DNA from: Microcoleus sp.
Lineage (GTDB): Bacteria > Cyanobacteriota > Cyanobacteriia > Cyanobacteriales > Microcoleaceae
NCBI GenBank assembly: GCA_052279835.1
Contig: CP181291.1
Span: 3,520,001 to 3,584,000 of the forward strand
Reading direction: 5' to 3'
Length of the DNA: 64,000 nt
Part shown: one piece after another, positions 41,615-52,465 of the stretch
How positions within the stretch are numbered: the stretch's first letter is position 1
How the letters are laid out: the number at the start of each line of letters is the position of its first letter
Made by a program: the position numbers and the translations under genes
Notes under the pieces: model-generated
Database searches by the model: none
Seen by the model: only the letters and a program-made list of their open reading frames with translations
What the model was told of the DNA's origin: nothing

Positions 41615-41714
41615 TTACCGGCATAGGGACTAAAATGTCAGCGTTGGCAGTTACCGGAGAAAGCAAATGGAATATAATTAAAGGTTTGAGTAATTAAAAG
41701 CGTCCTACGTAACT

Positions 41715-42548
41715 ATGGAAATTGAATGGCAAAGCGTCAAAACCTACTCCGATATTATCTATCAAAAAACTAAAGGGATCGCCAAAATTACCATCAATCG
41801 ACCCCACAAGCGCAATGCTTTTCGTCCCAAAACCGTCTCTGAACTCTGCGATGCCTTTATAGACGCGCGGGAAGACACCACAATCGGGGTGGTTCTGTTG
41901 ACTGGTGCAGGGCCACACACAGACGGAAAATACGCATTTTGTGCGGGTGGAGATCAAAGCGTGCGGGGTAAAGCCGGGTATGTAGATGACGGTGGCATTC
42001 CCCGCTTAAACGTGCTGGAATTGCAAAAATTGATTAGATCGATGCCGAAGGTGGTAATTGCCCTAGTAGCAGGTTACGCGATCGGCGGTGGTCACGTTCT
42101 GCACTTAATTTGCGATTTAACCATCGCTGCGGAGAATGCAATTTTCGGACAAACTGGCCCAAAAGTCGGCAGTTTCGACGGAGGCTTCGGGGCTAGCTAT
42201 CTCGCCAGAATTGTGGGACAAAAAAAAGCGCGAGAAATTTGGTTTTTATGTCGCCAGTACAACGCACAGCAGGCCTTAGAAATGGGTTTAGTCAACTGTG
42301 TTGTCCCCGTAGAACAACTCGAAGCAGAAGGGATTCAGTGGGCTTCGGAAATTTTAGACAAAAGTCCGATCGCCATTCGCTGTCTGAAATCAGCATTTAA
42401 TGCCGACTGTGACGGTCAAGCAGGGCTGCAAGAACTAGCAGGAAATGCGACTTTACTATATTATATGAGCGAAGAAGGAGCCGAAGGCAAACAAGCGTTT
42501 TTAGAAAAGCGAGAACCGGATTTTAGTCAGTATCCTTGGCTACCGTAA
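41715..42548 (+). CDS. menB: 1,4-dihydroxy-2-naphthoyl-CoA synthase
   Basis: [27 protein letters not shown]. Confidence 0.96.
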   Translation: MEIEWQSVKTYSDIIYQKTKGIAKITINRPHKRNAFRPKTVSELCDAFIDAREDTTIGVVLLTGAGPHTDGKYAFCAGGDQSVRGKAGYVDDGGIPRLNVLELQKLIRSMPKVVIALVAGYAIGGGHVLHLICDLTIAAENAIFGQTGPKVGSFDGGFGASYLARIVGQKKAREIWFLCRQYNAQQALEMGLVNCVVPVEQLEAEGIQWASEILDKSPIAIRCLKSAFNADCDGQAGLQELAGNATLLYYMSEEGAEGKQAFLEKREPDFSQYPWLP

Positions 42549-42670
42549 TTCCAGGGAAAACAAGTTTTTTATGGGCTGATGTCACAGATATTTCTGATTG
42601 ACGATCCGTAGCTGGAATTAAAGGAGTTCGATGCCGTTGTTACCAGTTTAGTTGTGCTGCTGCGGGCCAA

Positions 42671-42988
42671 CTAAACTGAAACGGTGGGAACTGATTTTTC
42701 GGTGAAGGTTGTCTCTGTTAACTGACAAGTGTGGCGATCGGCAGCAGGGAGGGCTGGCGAGGAAAAAGCCACCATCGGCTCATGCCATAGTGAAAGTTCT
42801 TCGATATTTTCCCAAGCAGACCCAAATGGTGAAACCGCCAAAGAACAAGCTTTCCACTGACCTTGAACCGAAACGCTGAGCTGCTGACAAAGACCACCCC
42901 GTCTTCCTTCTGGCAGATAGTGGCGGCAGTGACGGCAAGCTGAAGTTAAGGGAGTTTTCATAAAAGTTCTTGGGTTTCTCATTTTCAT
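42671..42988 (-). CDS. Cys-motif conserved hypothetical protein
   Basis: CRHCRHY.PEGRRGG.C...WKAC. Confidence 0.7.
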   Translation of the reverse strand: MKMRNPRTFMKTPLTSACRHCRHYLPEGRRGGLCQQLSVSVQGQWKACSLAVSPFGSAWENIEELSLWHEPMVAFSSPALPAADRHTCQLTETTFTEKSVPTVSV

Positions 42989-43583
42989 CTCTAATTCTCC
43001 TTTGTTGAGCTAGGAGGTGTTAGAGCATCCCAGCCCTTATCCTGTCTGCTGTTTAGCGATCCCCGAACCATAATTTAATTTTATAATTTATTTATAATTC
43101 TGTTATATATAGAAACAATAGATTTAGTAGTGCCTCATTTTAGATTTAAAAAAGCTGTAAAAAAGTTAATAAACCCACAGGGATCAAGATAAAGCATAAA
43201 TGGGGAACAAAAAGTAGATTTTATAAATCACCACCGATACCATATTTTTGATTTTCGTAATCTGTACGTTAGATTGCAGAAACAACTTAGACACCTAGTG
43301 AAAAAACCGGGGACATAGGCATCAAAATCAACAATTACCGAAAGTACATACTTTATGGCCTTCTAGTTATTTTGTCTGTAGTGTTGGTAACGTCTGTCAG
43401 AAAATATATTGAAGGGCAAAAAGGCAAATAGTATAGAATACTGGCAGCTATCAGGCTGCAACTGCGTTTTATCCCCGGCTTGAAAGACTGGGGTTCTCAG
43501 GCGACGCGCTATGGCGGTATCACCCTTGATGACGGGTAATTGACAACATTAAAATTAATTCAGAGGCGGCAGGAGTTTTACTA

Positions 43584-44813
43584 ATGAGTAAGCGTTCTTC
43601 GGTGGAATCCCCAAATCATCAATCATCTTCAACCCCCATCAATCCTGCTTTACAAGCAGCCCTGGGGTGCTTGGATGTAAACCTGGAAACAGAACTGACA
43701 ATATATAGACGACACAGGCGACGAGCCGAACAGTGGGTGTCTCCATCCGTGCGTCCCAGTACCAAGACAGAAACAGCCAACCAACAGCCTGGTCAAAACC
43801 AGCCACTAACGGCTGCGGAGCCAACCCAGCAATCACTCTCGATACCCCTATCCCTTGGCGGTAGCCCTGGTGAGCCCCCAAGAACAACTAATGCGGGCGG
43901 GAGCCAACCTATAAAACAATTTATCAGTACCCCACCACCAAACAAATATCTCGAATCTAGCGAAAAACTGATCGAAAGTTTGGACTCACCAACAGCCGAG
44001 GCAACCGAGGAAAGAAGTTTAGCAGCCAGTCTGTTGACTCCCTTGGGACTAAGTTCAATGCTGCTGTTTTTGCTATCCTGTACAGCCTTGGGCTATGCAG
44101 TCTTTTACCCATCAAGTCTAGCTAAAATGGTAGGCCTCAACCGTTTGGTGGGAAGCAACACACCCTCGGAGACCCAAAGTAGCGCTAGTAAAGTAACTGA
44201 TACCGGAAGCAAGGAACTGCCAAAAGCTCCTAATCTGGTTTCCAAGGAATTTGTCGAGCTAGACTTAAGTACCCTGAGCAATGTCAAGCCCACCCCTAGC
44301 CCCATTGCTTCCCCCTCGCCCAAAGCCTCAATCCCGCCGACTCCAGCAGCAGTCAGCGACTCCAGCGGGGCTGTCCCCATCCCGACAGAAGACGGCAACC
44401 CACCAACAATTAGGGAAAAAGGACTGAACAATCTCAGTACGGCGTTGCTTCCGAGTCCGACTAATGTGGCACAAACAGTCCCAACATTGCCAACACTGCC
44501 TCCAACGCCTTCACCATTGGCCTCGAATTCAGCAACTCCTGCGGCTGCATCTCCTGCTGTGCCATCCCCAGCCCCCGCAGCCACACTGGGAAGCCCTGCA
44601 CGGGCTAGCGACGGTTTTTATTACGTGGTTGTCGATTACACCGATGCCAAGTCCCTAGAACAAGCCAGAATTGTAGTGCCCGATGCCTACGTGCGGAAAT
44701 TTTCAAAGGGTGTCAAGATCCAAATGGGAGCGTTGAACGATGTGGCCTCAGCACAACTTTTGGTGAAAGAGCTGCAAGCAAAAGGGGTGAAGCCGCAATA
44801 CTATCAGCCTTAA
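43584..44813 (+). CDS. membrane protein with Pro-rich linker and SPOR-like C-terminus
   Basis: One TM; C-terminal VPDAYVR..IQMGA...LQAKG. Confidence 0.75.
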   Translation: MSKRSSVESPNHQSSSTPINPALQAALGCLDVNLETELTIYRRHRRRAEQWVSPSVRPSTKTETANQQPGQNQPLTAAEPTQQSLSIPLSLGGSPGEPPRTTNAGGSQPIKQFISTPPPNKYLESSEKLIESLDSPTAEATEERSLAASLLTPLGLSSMLLFLLSCTALGYAVFYPSSLAKMVGLNRLVGSNTPSETQSSASKVTDTGSKELPKAPNLVSKEFVELDLSTLSNVKPTPSPIASPSPKASIPPTPAAVSDSSGAVPIPTEDGNPPTIREKGLNNLSTALLPSPTNVAQTVPTLPTLPPTPSPLASNSATPAAASPAVPSPAPAATLGSPARASDGFYYVVVDYTDAKSLEQARIVVPDAYVRKFSKGVKIQMGALNDVASAQLLVKELQAKGVKPQYYQP

Positions 44814-44939
44814 ATTAGTCAGCGGGAATTAAAAATTCAAAAATTAAAAGAGAGCATAATTTAAAAGTTTTCATATTTAATTTTTAGTTCTTAATTCCTA
44901 TTCATAAAATCTCGAATTGAAAATTTGGAGAAAGGCAAA

Positions 44940-45644
44940 ATGGGATTATTCGATCGCCTTTGGCGAGTAATTCGAGCCAACATTAACAGTTTAGTGGGAG
45001 CAGCAGAAGATCCAGAGAAGATTTTGGAACAGGCGACCATTGATATGCAGGAAGATTTAGTGCAGCTCAGACAAGCTGTGGCTGGGGCAATTGCTGCTCA
45101 AAAACGCACGGAACGCCAGTATTCCCAAGCGGAGTCCACCGCCACAGAATGGTATCAGCGCGCACAGTTAGCTTTGCAAAAAAACGACGAAAATTTAGCA
45201 CGGGAAGCCCTGACTCGCAAGAAATTCTATCAAGAAACGGCTATGACGATGAAAGCTAGTCTGGAACAGCAGAAAGTTGTGGTCACTAAACTTAAAGAAA
45301 ATATGCGGGCTCTGGAAAGTAAAATTTCCGAGGCAAAATCGAAAAAAGATATGTACATTGCCAGAGCTCGATCGGCCGCCGCCTCGGAAAGACTAGACAA
45401 AATGATGGGTAATCTCAATACAGGTAGTGGTTTGAGCGCCTTTGAACGGATGGAAGAGAAAGTTATGCAGCTAGAAGCTCGCTCTGAGGCGATCGCAGAA
45501 CTCGGCACCAACGACTTAGAAAAGAAGTTTCTGGCTCTCGAAAGTGGGGGCGATGTCGATGCACAGTTGGCGGCAATGAAAGCACAAATGCTTCCGGGCA
45601 ACAATACGCCTCAGTTACCATCGGGAGAGCCACCCACATCCTGA
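44940..45644 (+). CDS. pspA: PspA/IM30 family protein
   Basis: MGLFDR..RANIN, EDPEKILEQ, AFERMEEKV; short C-terminus. Confidence 0.85.
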   Translation: MGLFDRLWRVIRANINSLVGAAEDPEKILEQATIDMQEDLVQLRQAVAGAIAAQKRTERQYSQAESTATEWYQRAQLALQKNDENLAREALTRKKFYQETAMTMKASLEQQKVVVTKLKENMRALESKISEAKSKKDMYIARARSAAASERLDKMMGNLNTGSGLSAFERMEEKVMQLEARSEAIAELGTNDLEKKFLALESGGDVDAQLAAMKAQMLPGNNTPQLPSGEPPTS

Positions 45645-45934
45645 AGGTGAAGCCTGGAGCGCCCTAGTTGAGACTGCTGTGGCAGTAGCTACAGATAGCC
45701 CGAAGCGAGTTGGGGAATTCCCGGATCAAAGCTAAACTCAGTAGATAGAGCTGGCAAAGCTTGGCTACATCAATTACGAAGATCCCTTTAAACTAGATTA
45801 ATATGTTTGCAAAAATTGCCCAAGGCTAGATCATCGCACTAAAAATCTGACCAACCGAATTTCAAAACCGCAGGCTAGTGTCTAAAGCCTGCTTTCCGTT
45901 TACTTCGTACACCTCACCAAGGAAAAATAGGATT

Positions 45935-46720
45935 ATGGGATTATTCGATCGCATTAGCCGAGTCGTCAGAGCCAATCTTAACGACATAGTGAACAAAGCT
46001 GAAGACCCGGAAAAGATTTTAGAACAGTCTGTGACGGATATGCAGGAAGACCTGGTGCAGTTGCGTCAAGCCGTGGCCGCGGCGATCGCTACTCAAAAGC
46101 GCACCCAGACTCAGTACAATCAAGCTGAGTCCCAGTCGAACCAATGGCAGCAGCGGGCTCAGCTTGCTCTCCAAAAAGGTGACGAGGCGTTGGCCCGCGA
46201 AGCACTGGTACGCAAAAAGTCTCATGCTGAAACGGCCGCTACTCTGAAAGCTAGCTTAGAGCAGCAATCGATTCAGGTGGAAAGTCTCAAACGCAACTTG
46301 ATCGGTTTGGAGAGCAAGATTTCAGAAGCTAAGACAAAGAAGGATATGCTCAAGGCGAGAATATCCGCGGCGAAAGCTCAAGAACAACTCAACAACACCA
46401 TTGGCTCTCTGAATACTGGCAGTTCCATGGCCGCGTTCGATCGCATGGAAGAAAAAGTTTTGCAGATTGAAGCTCGCGCGGGGGCGTCAGCAGAACTAGC
46501 CGCCGGTGGTAGCAATTTGGAAGAACAGTTCCGCTTGCTCGAAAGTGGCGGGGGTGTCGATGACGAGTTGGCGCAAATGAAAGCCCAACTTGCTGGAAGT
46601 TCTGTATCTCAACCTCAATTACCAGCATCGGCTAAAACTGCTGCTACTAATAGCTCTGAATCCAGTCCGGTGATAGACGCTGAGTTGGAAGAATTGCGAT
46701 CGCAGCTCAATAAAATGTAA
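45935..46720 (+). CDS. vipp1: Vipp1/IM30
   Basis: PspA core plus linker and C-terminal helix VIDAELEELRSQL. Confidence 0.88.
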   Translation: MGLFDRISRVVRANLNDIVNKAEDPEKILEQSVTDMQEDLVQLRQAVAAAIATQKRTQTQYNQAESQSNQWQQRAQLALQKGDEALAREALVRKKSHAETAATLKASLEQQSIQVESLKRNLIGLESKISEAKTKKDMLKARISAAKAQEQLNNTIGSLNTGSSMAAFDRMEEKVLQIEARAGASAELAAGGSNLEEQFRLLESGGGVDDELAQMKAQLAGSSVSQPQLPASAKTAATNSSESSPVIDAELEELRSQLNKM

Positions 46721-46944
46721 TCTCGATCGAAACTCACCGATTTCTCTGATGGTGCGATCGAGCGCTCCGTCTCTCTAAAGCAAATAGCTTGTGGAGGTCG
46801 GAGCTTTTTGATTGGCGATCGGCGGCTACAGCCGGACTAAATCTTACCGAAACATGACAATTTAGCTATATAGTAGTAAGTATCATTTAGCACTAATTTT
46901 TAAGTGCAAAACAAAATTTTAAGTGGAAATTTAAAAATAAAATT

Positions 46945-47181
46945 ATGTCTAAGGTGCAGTTGTTAGTTCTCAGTTCTGTTGCTTCTGGTTTTGGGCTTTG
47001 CTCAAGCATTTTTGCCCTATTCACAATGACTTCTGGAATTTCACTGATGTCTTTTTTTGTCTTTATTTTAACCTTGGGATTTTGTGCAATTAATGTTTTT
47101 TTTACCTTGCATTATTATACATTCATTTCTAAGCAGTTGAATGTCAAAAATAAAGGCAGATCTAGAACGTTAGGCGGTTGA
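46945..47181 (+). CDS. small two-TM membrane protein
   Basis: 78 aa, hydrophobic, basic tail. Confidence 0.5.
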   Translation: MSKVQLLVLSSVASGFGLCSSIFALFTMTSGISLMSFFVFILTLGFCAINVFFTLHYYTFISKQLNVKNKGRSRTLGG

Positions 47182-47252
47182 AAAAACTTTTAAACACAGG
47201 AATCAAGCCTGCGCTGTCTCACAAATAATGTGGGATATAGCATCAAAAAAAA

Positions 47253-47831
47253 TTAAAATTTAGGCAAAATCCATTCCACCGCCACCGCTAAATTTTCAGC
47301 AACAAAATCCGGTTTAGTATGATGCTGATATTCCCCATTCAACACACTTTCACCGTAACCAGTCTGCACCAAAATACCAGTACAACCAGCATTATGAGCC
47401 ATATCTACATCTGTTGCTTTATCCCCCACCATAAAACTATTTCGCAAATCTAAATCCTGTTCCCAAGCAGCGGCTACCAGCATCCCTGTATTCGGTTTGC
47501 GCCAAGTTGTATACCGCGTAAATTCTGGGTTAGTTCCCCCTTCTGCTTCACTCAAATAAGGGCAATAATAAAGAGCATCTAATTTGGCTCCGGCTGCTTG
47601 GTCTAATAGCTGACAGAGCCGTTCGTGCAAAGCTTCTACGTGACTAACCGGATAATATCCCCTGGCCGGGCCCGATTGATTGGAAACTAGACAGCAAAAT
47701 ATTTTGTGGTCATTTAATTTGCGTACAGCTTGGGCTACTCCGGGAATTAAATGCAAATCTTCTACTTTGTGGATGTAGCCTGCTTCGATATTTAACACAC
47801 CATCTCTGTCTAGAAATACTGCTCGTTTCAT
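47253..47831 (-). CDS. gmhB: heptose bisphosphate phosphatase (HAD IIIA)
   Basis: FLDRDGV, SNQSG, RKPNTGM, MVGDK. Confidence 0.85.
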   Translation of the reverse strand: MKRAVFLDRDGVLNIEAGYIHKVEDLHLIPGVAQAVRKLNDHKIFCCLVSNQSGPARGYYPVSHVEALHERLCQLLDQAAGAKLDALYYCPYLSEAEGGTNPEFTRYTTWRKPNTGMLVAAAWEQDLDLRNSFMVGDKATDVDMAHNAGCTGILVQTGYGESVLNGEYQHHTKPDFVAENLAVAVEWILPKF

Positions 47832-48050
47832 GGTTATTTACTAAGGATTGCTATTTTTTTTTTCAGTCCTGGACCCATGGGGAGTCATATCAAATCCTCT
47901 CTTCATCGGAATTATTAATCTCTCCCTCTTCTCTTCCTTCGCGTCCTACCCTACGGGAACGGCTTCGCCGAACGCGCCTTCGCGGTTAAATCATTCCGAT
48001 ACAACGGGGTTTTTTGTGTCCAGGACTATAATCAAAGATCACCATACCAC

Positions 48051-48099
48051 TTGACAAGTTCTAAGAAATATCGTACTCTAATAGTACGGACACTAACCA
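48051..48099 (+). promoter_or_regulatory. sigma70 promoter with an adjacent putative MarR operator
   Basis: TTGACA-17bp-TACTCT, then AATAGTACGGACACTAACCA. Confidence 0.65.
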
Positions 48100-48107
48100 A
48101 TAAGCCA

Positions 48108-48578
48108 ATGGTTACTACATACACAGTCGATCGCACCCATCTAGCTCAGTGGCACGAAGTTCTCGCCCCCCACAGCATCGGCTATCGGCTCAAACTGCTG
48201 GGACAGTTAGGTACTCGCAGGCTGCAAGAGGCACTGGAACCCTTTGGATTGACACCTTTTCATTGGCTGGTACTTTGTTGCTTGTGGCAAGAAGATGGTT
48301 TAGCAACTTCCAGCATTGGGGACAAACTGCAACAGGTAGGCGGTACCCTCACAGGTGTAATCGATCGCATGGAAGAAAGAGATTTAGTCCGTCGGGAGAG
48401 AGACACCCGCGATCGCCGGATTTGGCGAATTTGGCTAACGGATGCAGGTAGGGAACTGCAAGAAGTGCTGCCACCAGTGGTAGCTCAGGTTCGAGAGCAG
48501 TCCATGACTGGAATTTCCTCAGCCGATCGAGAACGCTTCTCAGAGCTGATCGATATCGCGATCGCCAATCTTTCCTAA
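48108..48578 (+). CDS. MarR family regulator
   Basis: GLTPFHW, TLTGVIDRME, DRRIWRIWLT. Confidence 0.92.
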   Translation: MVTTYTVDRTHLAQWHEVLAPHSIGYRLKLLGQLGTRRLQEALEPFGLTPFHWLVLCCLWQEDGLATSSIGDKLQQVGGTLTGVIDRMEERDLVRRERDTRDRRIWRIWLTDAGRELQEVLPPVVAQVREQSMTGISSADRERFSELIDIAIANLS

Positions 48579-48645
48579 ACTGACAAATCATTCTCCCGGA
48601 GGTCGCGCAGCACCATCTACCTCTACTAAATTAAACATAACCGAA

Positions 48646-48705
48646 AAATACTACGCACTCTTAAAAACAGTAGTCTTAACAAATAAATACTACGCACTCT
48701 AACCA
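48646..48705 (+). promoter_or_regulatory. two copies of the putative MarR operator
   Basis: AAATACTACGCACTCT at 48646 and 48685. Confidence 0.6.
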
Positions 48706-48741
48706 AACGGCATCTTATTAAAATTTCAGGAGCCAACTACC

Positions 48742-50424
48742 ATGAAAACCACCAAGGAAACCAACCCAGCAGAATTCAACGGCAACGGCAAAGGCAAAGC
48801 AGTGGGGCTCTTAGAGCAGCCCATGGACGACACCATAGCCAAAAGCCTACCAATCATCCCCGCGCCAGAGACACAAATCAGCGCCCCCAGCGATGTCAAA
48901 ACAGGCGCAGAAACAGAACTTCAAGCACCCCTACCAGCCCCTACAACACCCAAGAAAAACTCCAAGAAACCACTGATTTTCGCACTATTGGGGGTAGGTG
49001 CGATCGCCGCGGGCAGCTTCGGCTACAACTACTGGCAATACGCCTCCATCCACCAAGAAACCGAAAACGCCACAGTTGCCGGACACATCCACCAAATCAG
49101 CAGCCGGATCAACGGTACTGTTGGCGAAGTCTTGGTACAAGACAACCAACAAGTAAAACCTGGACAACTGCTAATCAAACTAGATCCCCGCGACTACCAA
49201 GTTAAAGTCCAACAAGCTCAAGCAGCCTTAGAAAACGCTCGCCGTCAAGCAGAAGCAGCCCAAGCCAATATTTCCCTAGCCTCGCAAACCAGCCAAGGCA
49301 AAACCGCCCAAGCCCAGGGAGATATCAGCGGTGCAAACGCGGCCATTTCCACCGCCCAAGCAGCCCTGAAAGAAGCACAGCAAGGCGTGCCGGCAGCAGA
49401 AGCCTCCTTCGCTGAAGCCCAGGCGGGAATTCCCGCAGCTATGGCTAAAGTCGCCCAAGCCGAAGCGGGTATTCCCCAAGCAAGGGCGAAAGTCACCGAA
49501 GCTGAAGCCGGAATTTCCCAAGCTCAAGCACAGCTAGCCCAAGCCCAGGCTAATCTGGTGAAAACCCAAGCAGATTATAAACGATATCAAGATTTGCAGT
49601 CTGAAGGTGCGATCGCCCGCCAGCAGCTAGATTCCGCCAAAGCAGCCTACGATGTAGCTGTCGGCCAAACTACCGCAGCTCAACAAGGAGTTGCCCAAGC
49701 CAGAGCGCGTTTAGCCCAAGCCAAGGAAGGCGTCACCGCAGCAATCGCGGCAGTAGCCCAAGCCCAAGAAGGCGTAAAACAAGCTCAAGCCCAAGTAGCG
49801 CGGGCCCAAGTTGGTATCGCCAGTGCTCAAGCCAAAGTCGCGGTAGCCCAAGAAGGTATCACTAGCGCCCAAGCCAAACTTGCGACATCCAAGGGTGGAT
49901 TGCAACAGGCTGAAGCGACGGGAGAACAAACTAAAGTTAGTCGATCGCAGTATGATGCAGCTAAGGCGGCGATCGCCCAATCGGAAGCTGCGGTGAAAGA
50001 CGCTCAACTGCAACTTTCCTACACGAATATCAGCGCACCAGCCGCCGGACAAATCGGCCGCAAGTCGGTGGAAGTGGGGCAACGGGTGCAGCCGGGAACG
50101 CCTTTAATGGCGATCGTCAGTAATGATTTGTGGGTAGTTGCTAACTTCAAGGAAACGCAACTGGCAAGCATGAAACGAGGTCAAAAAGTAGAAATCAAAT
50201 TAGATGCTTTTGGCAGTCGTAAATTTGAGGGTCGAGTTGATAGTTTTTCCCCTGCTTCTGGCGCTCAATTTTCTCTATTACCTCCCGATAATGCTACGGG
50301 TAATTTCACTAAAGTTGTGCAGCGGATTCCTGTGAAAGTGGTATTTGATGCTGAAAGTATTAAAGGCTATGAATCACGGATTACACCAGGGATGTCTGCT
50401 ACGGTAAACGTTGAGCTGAAATAA
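48742..50424 (+). CDS. EmrA/HlyD membrane fusion protein with extended coiled coil
   Basis: WVVANFKET, FSLLPPDNATGNFTKVVQRIPV. Confidence 0.92.
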   Translation: MKTTKETNPAEFNGNGKGKAVGLLEQPMDDTIAKSLPIIPAPETQISAPSDVKTGAETELQAPLPAPTTPKKNSKKPLIFALLGVGAIAAGSFGYNYWQYASIHQETENATVAGHIHQISSRINGTVGEVLVQDNQQVKPGQLLIKLDPRDYQVKVQQAQAALENARRQAEAAQANISLASQTSQGKTAQAQGDISGANAAISTAQAALKEAQQGVPAAEASFAEAQAGIPAAMAKVAQAEAGIPQARAKVTEAEAGISQAQAQLAQAQANLVKTQADYKRYQDLQSEGAIARQQLDSAKAAYDVAVGQTTAAQQGVAQARARLAQAKEGVTAAIAAVAQAQEGVKQAQAQVARAQVGIASAQAKVAVAQEGITSAQAKLATSKGGLQQAEATGEQTKVSRSQYDAAKAAIAQSEAAVKDAQLQLSYTNISAPAAGQIGRKSVEVGQRVQPGTPLMAIVSNDLWVVANFKETQLASMKRGQKVEIKLDAFGSRKFEGRVDSFSPASGAQFSLLPPDNATGNFTKVVQRIPVKVVFDAESIKGYESRITPGMSATVNVELK

Positions 50425-50458
50425 GGTTGTACTCCTGATAGTAGAAAATGGAGGAGAC

Positions 50459-50508
50459 GGCAATGCCGTTTCCCTGCACTATTATATGGGCAGGGAAACG
50501 GCATTGCC
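50459..50508. repeat. perfect 19-bp inverted repeat
   Basis: GGCAATGCCGTTTCCCTGC...GCAGGGAAACGGCATTGCC. Confidence 0.8.
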
Positions 50509-50878
50509 CATTAGTGTCAACTTAATAAACTGTTGTAAGTCGGGACGATGTTCGCAAAAATAGCCGTAAGTGAGCTGAATTTGTTTAACTTTCACGTTTG
50601 TAAATACTACTCTGCCCTAGCTGACTGAGTGTTGGCAGCTTCTGTAGGCGGAAGGGACATTGAAAAGCGGGCATTGTTACAAAACTTTACGTCTTATCCT
50701 ATGAGGCAAATTTGTCTGTAAACGCTACATCTTTTTCTCTGTCCCAATGCCATACTATCGTAATCCCTCTGATGCCTTGCTAGACTTGTAGGTACGGTTG
50801 AGTAGCCTTCGAGCGGTCAACATCGACAAATTTGTCCAGAACATTTGGTCTGGTAAAGCGCCTGGAGTCGATCGAACA

Positions 50879-52456
50879 ATGCAGCATCACAAAGATCTTC
50901 AAGGCTGGTCCCTTTTGGCAGTTGCTGTCACCGCGGTGATGGCAGCAAATTTTGGCATTGCCAAATTAAATTATTTGTCCGATCGATCCGCTAGCTATGA
51001 AACGGAACTCCGACATTTGCAAGGACTGGCCAATCGCTTAGACGCCCTGGAGTGGAGAGCAATTGCTAACAAAAAAGTGACCTCAGAGCTAGAGGAAACC
51101 CTAGGGAAGCAACGACAGCAAGCAAAGCTCAGTTTTGATACCCTCAAACATACTGCTTCTTCGTTTCGAGATTTGCAAGAAGTGGACTCAGCCTACCAAA
51201 CCTATTCTAAGGCCGTTAATAAACTCTTGACCCTGCTAAAAACTGATCGGATTGAAGAAGCATTGGAGGTGGATGAGAAGCAGGTCGATCCCAGCTATGA
51301 AAAATTGTATGCCATCGTGACAAAAAAGACCGTAGAAGCGGCAAAAAATAGGGCAAATCTACAATCCTGGGCTAACTTTGGCTCCATATTGATTATGACC
51401 TTTTTAGTTGCGACAATTTGGATATTGCGATCGGAGATTTTGCGATCGCAGCAAAGATTTCAGGAAATCAAGAATGTGCGCCAGCGGGAAGCCCGGTTGG
51501 AACAAGAGCGTCAACTTCTAGAATCGAAAGTGATGGAGCGCACACAGACGCTTCAAACGACAAACGACGAATTGGAACAAACACTCACGGCACTGAAAGA
51601 GTCGCAGATTCAGCTAATCCAAAGTGAGAAAATGTCAGCTTTAGGACAAATGATGGCTGGTGTTGCTCATGAAATCAATAATCCGGTTGGCTTTATCGCT
51701 GGGAATATAGCTCCGGCGCAAGACTACGTAAAGGATTTGTTTGGCATGATTAATTTATATCAAGAAAAATTTCCGCAACCTGGTTCCGAGATAGAGGCAG
51801 AAATTCAAGCGATCGACCTAGATTATATACGGCAAGACTTGCCTAAGCTTTTTCAATCGATGAAAGATGGGGTGGTACGAATTAAAGATATCAGTAGGAG
51901 TTTACGCATTTTTTCGAGAGCAGATTGCGATCGCCCCACAATGTTCAACATTCATGAGGGCATTGATAGTACCATCTTGATTCTCCAGCATCGACTAAAA
52001 TCAAATCCTACCAGACCCGCGATCGAGATTATCAGAGAATACGGTGAACTTCCGAAAGTGGAATGTTATGCAGGACAACTCAACCAAGTGTTCATGAATT
52101 TGCTGGCTAATGCCATTGATGCCCTAGAAGAATCAAATCAAGAACAAGAACGCAGCCAGGAATATCTGGAAGCGCATCCGAACCGAATTGCGATTAAAAC
52201 TGAGTTATCGAGCGATCGCAAATCTGCTGTAATTGGGATTAAAGATAATGGTATTGGTATGACAGAGGAAGTGAAGCAGAAAGTATTTGATCATCTGTTT
52301 ACAACCAAGGGTGTGGGTAAAGGAACGGGGCTGGGATTGGCGATTGTTCATCAAATTGTGGTTGATAAACACGCTGGAACTATCGAAGTAAAATCTAGGC
52401 CTGGAGAGGGAGCAGAGTTTGCGATCGCTATTCCGATTGAGATCGCGTCTCAATAA
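50879..52456 (+). CDS. sensor histidine kinase (NtrB-like core)
   Basis: EKMSALGQ.AGVAHEINNP, QVFMNLLANA, GKGTGLGL; start uncertain. Confidence 0.9.
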   Translation: MQHHKDLQGWSLLAVAVTAVMAANFGIAKLNYLSDRSASYETELRHLQGLANRLDALEWRAIANKKVTSELEETLGKQRQQAKLSFDTLKHTASSFRDLQEVDSAYQTYSKAVNKLLTLLKTDRIEEALEVDEKQVDPSYEKLYAIVTKKTVEAAKNRANLQSWANFGSILIMTFLVATIWILRSEILRSQQRFQEIKNVRQREARLEQERQLLESKVMERTQTLQTTNDELEQTLTALKESQIQLIQSEKMSALGQMMAGVAHEINNPVGFIAGNIAPAQDYVKDLFGMINLYQEKFPQPGSEIEAEIQAIDLDYIRQDLPKLFQSMKDGVVRIKDISRSLRIFSRADCDRPTMFNIHEGIDSTILILQHRLKSNPTRPAIEIIREYGELPKVECYAGQLNQVFMNLLANAIDALEESNQEQERSQEYLEAHPNRIAIKTELSSDRKSAVIGIKDNGIGMTEEVKQKVFDHLFTTKGVGKGTGLGLAIVHQIVVDKHAGTIEVKSRPGEGAEFAIAIPIEIASQ

Positions 52457-52465
52457 CTAATGTTA

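Noticed and set aside
44940..46720. Tandem PspA/Vipp1 paralogs as a novelty
   Set aside because: Co-occurrence of pspA and vipp1 is well known in cyanobacteria.
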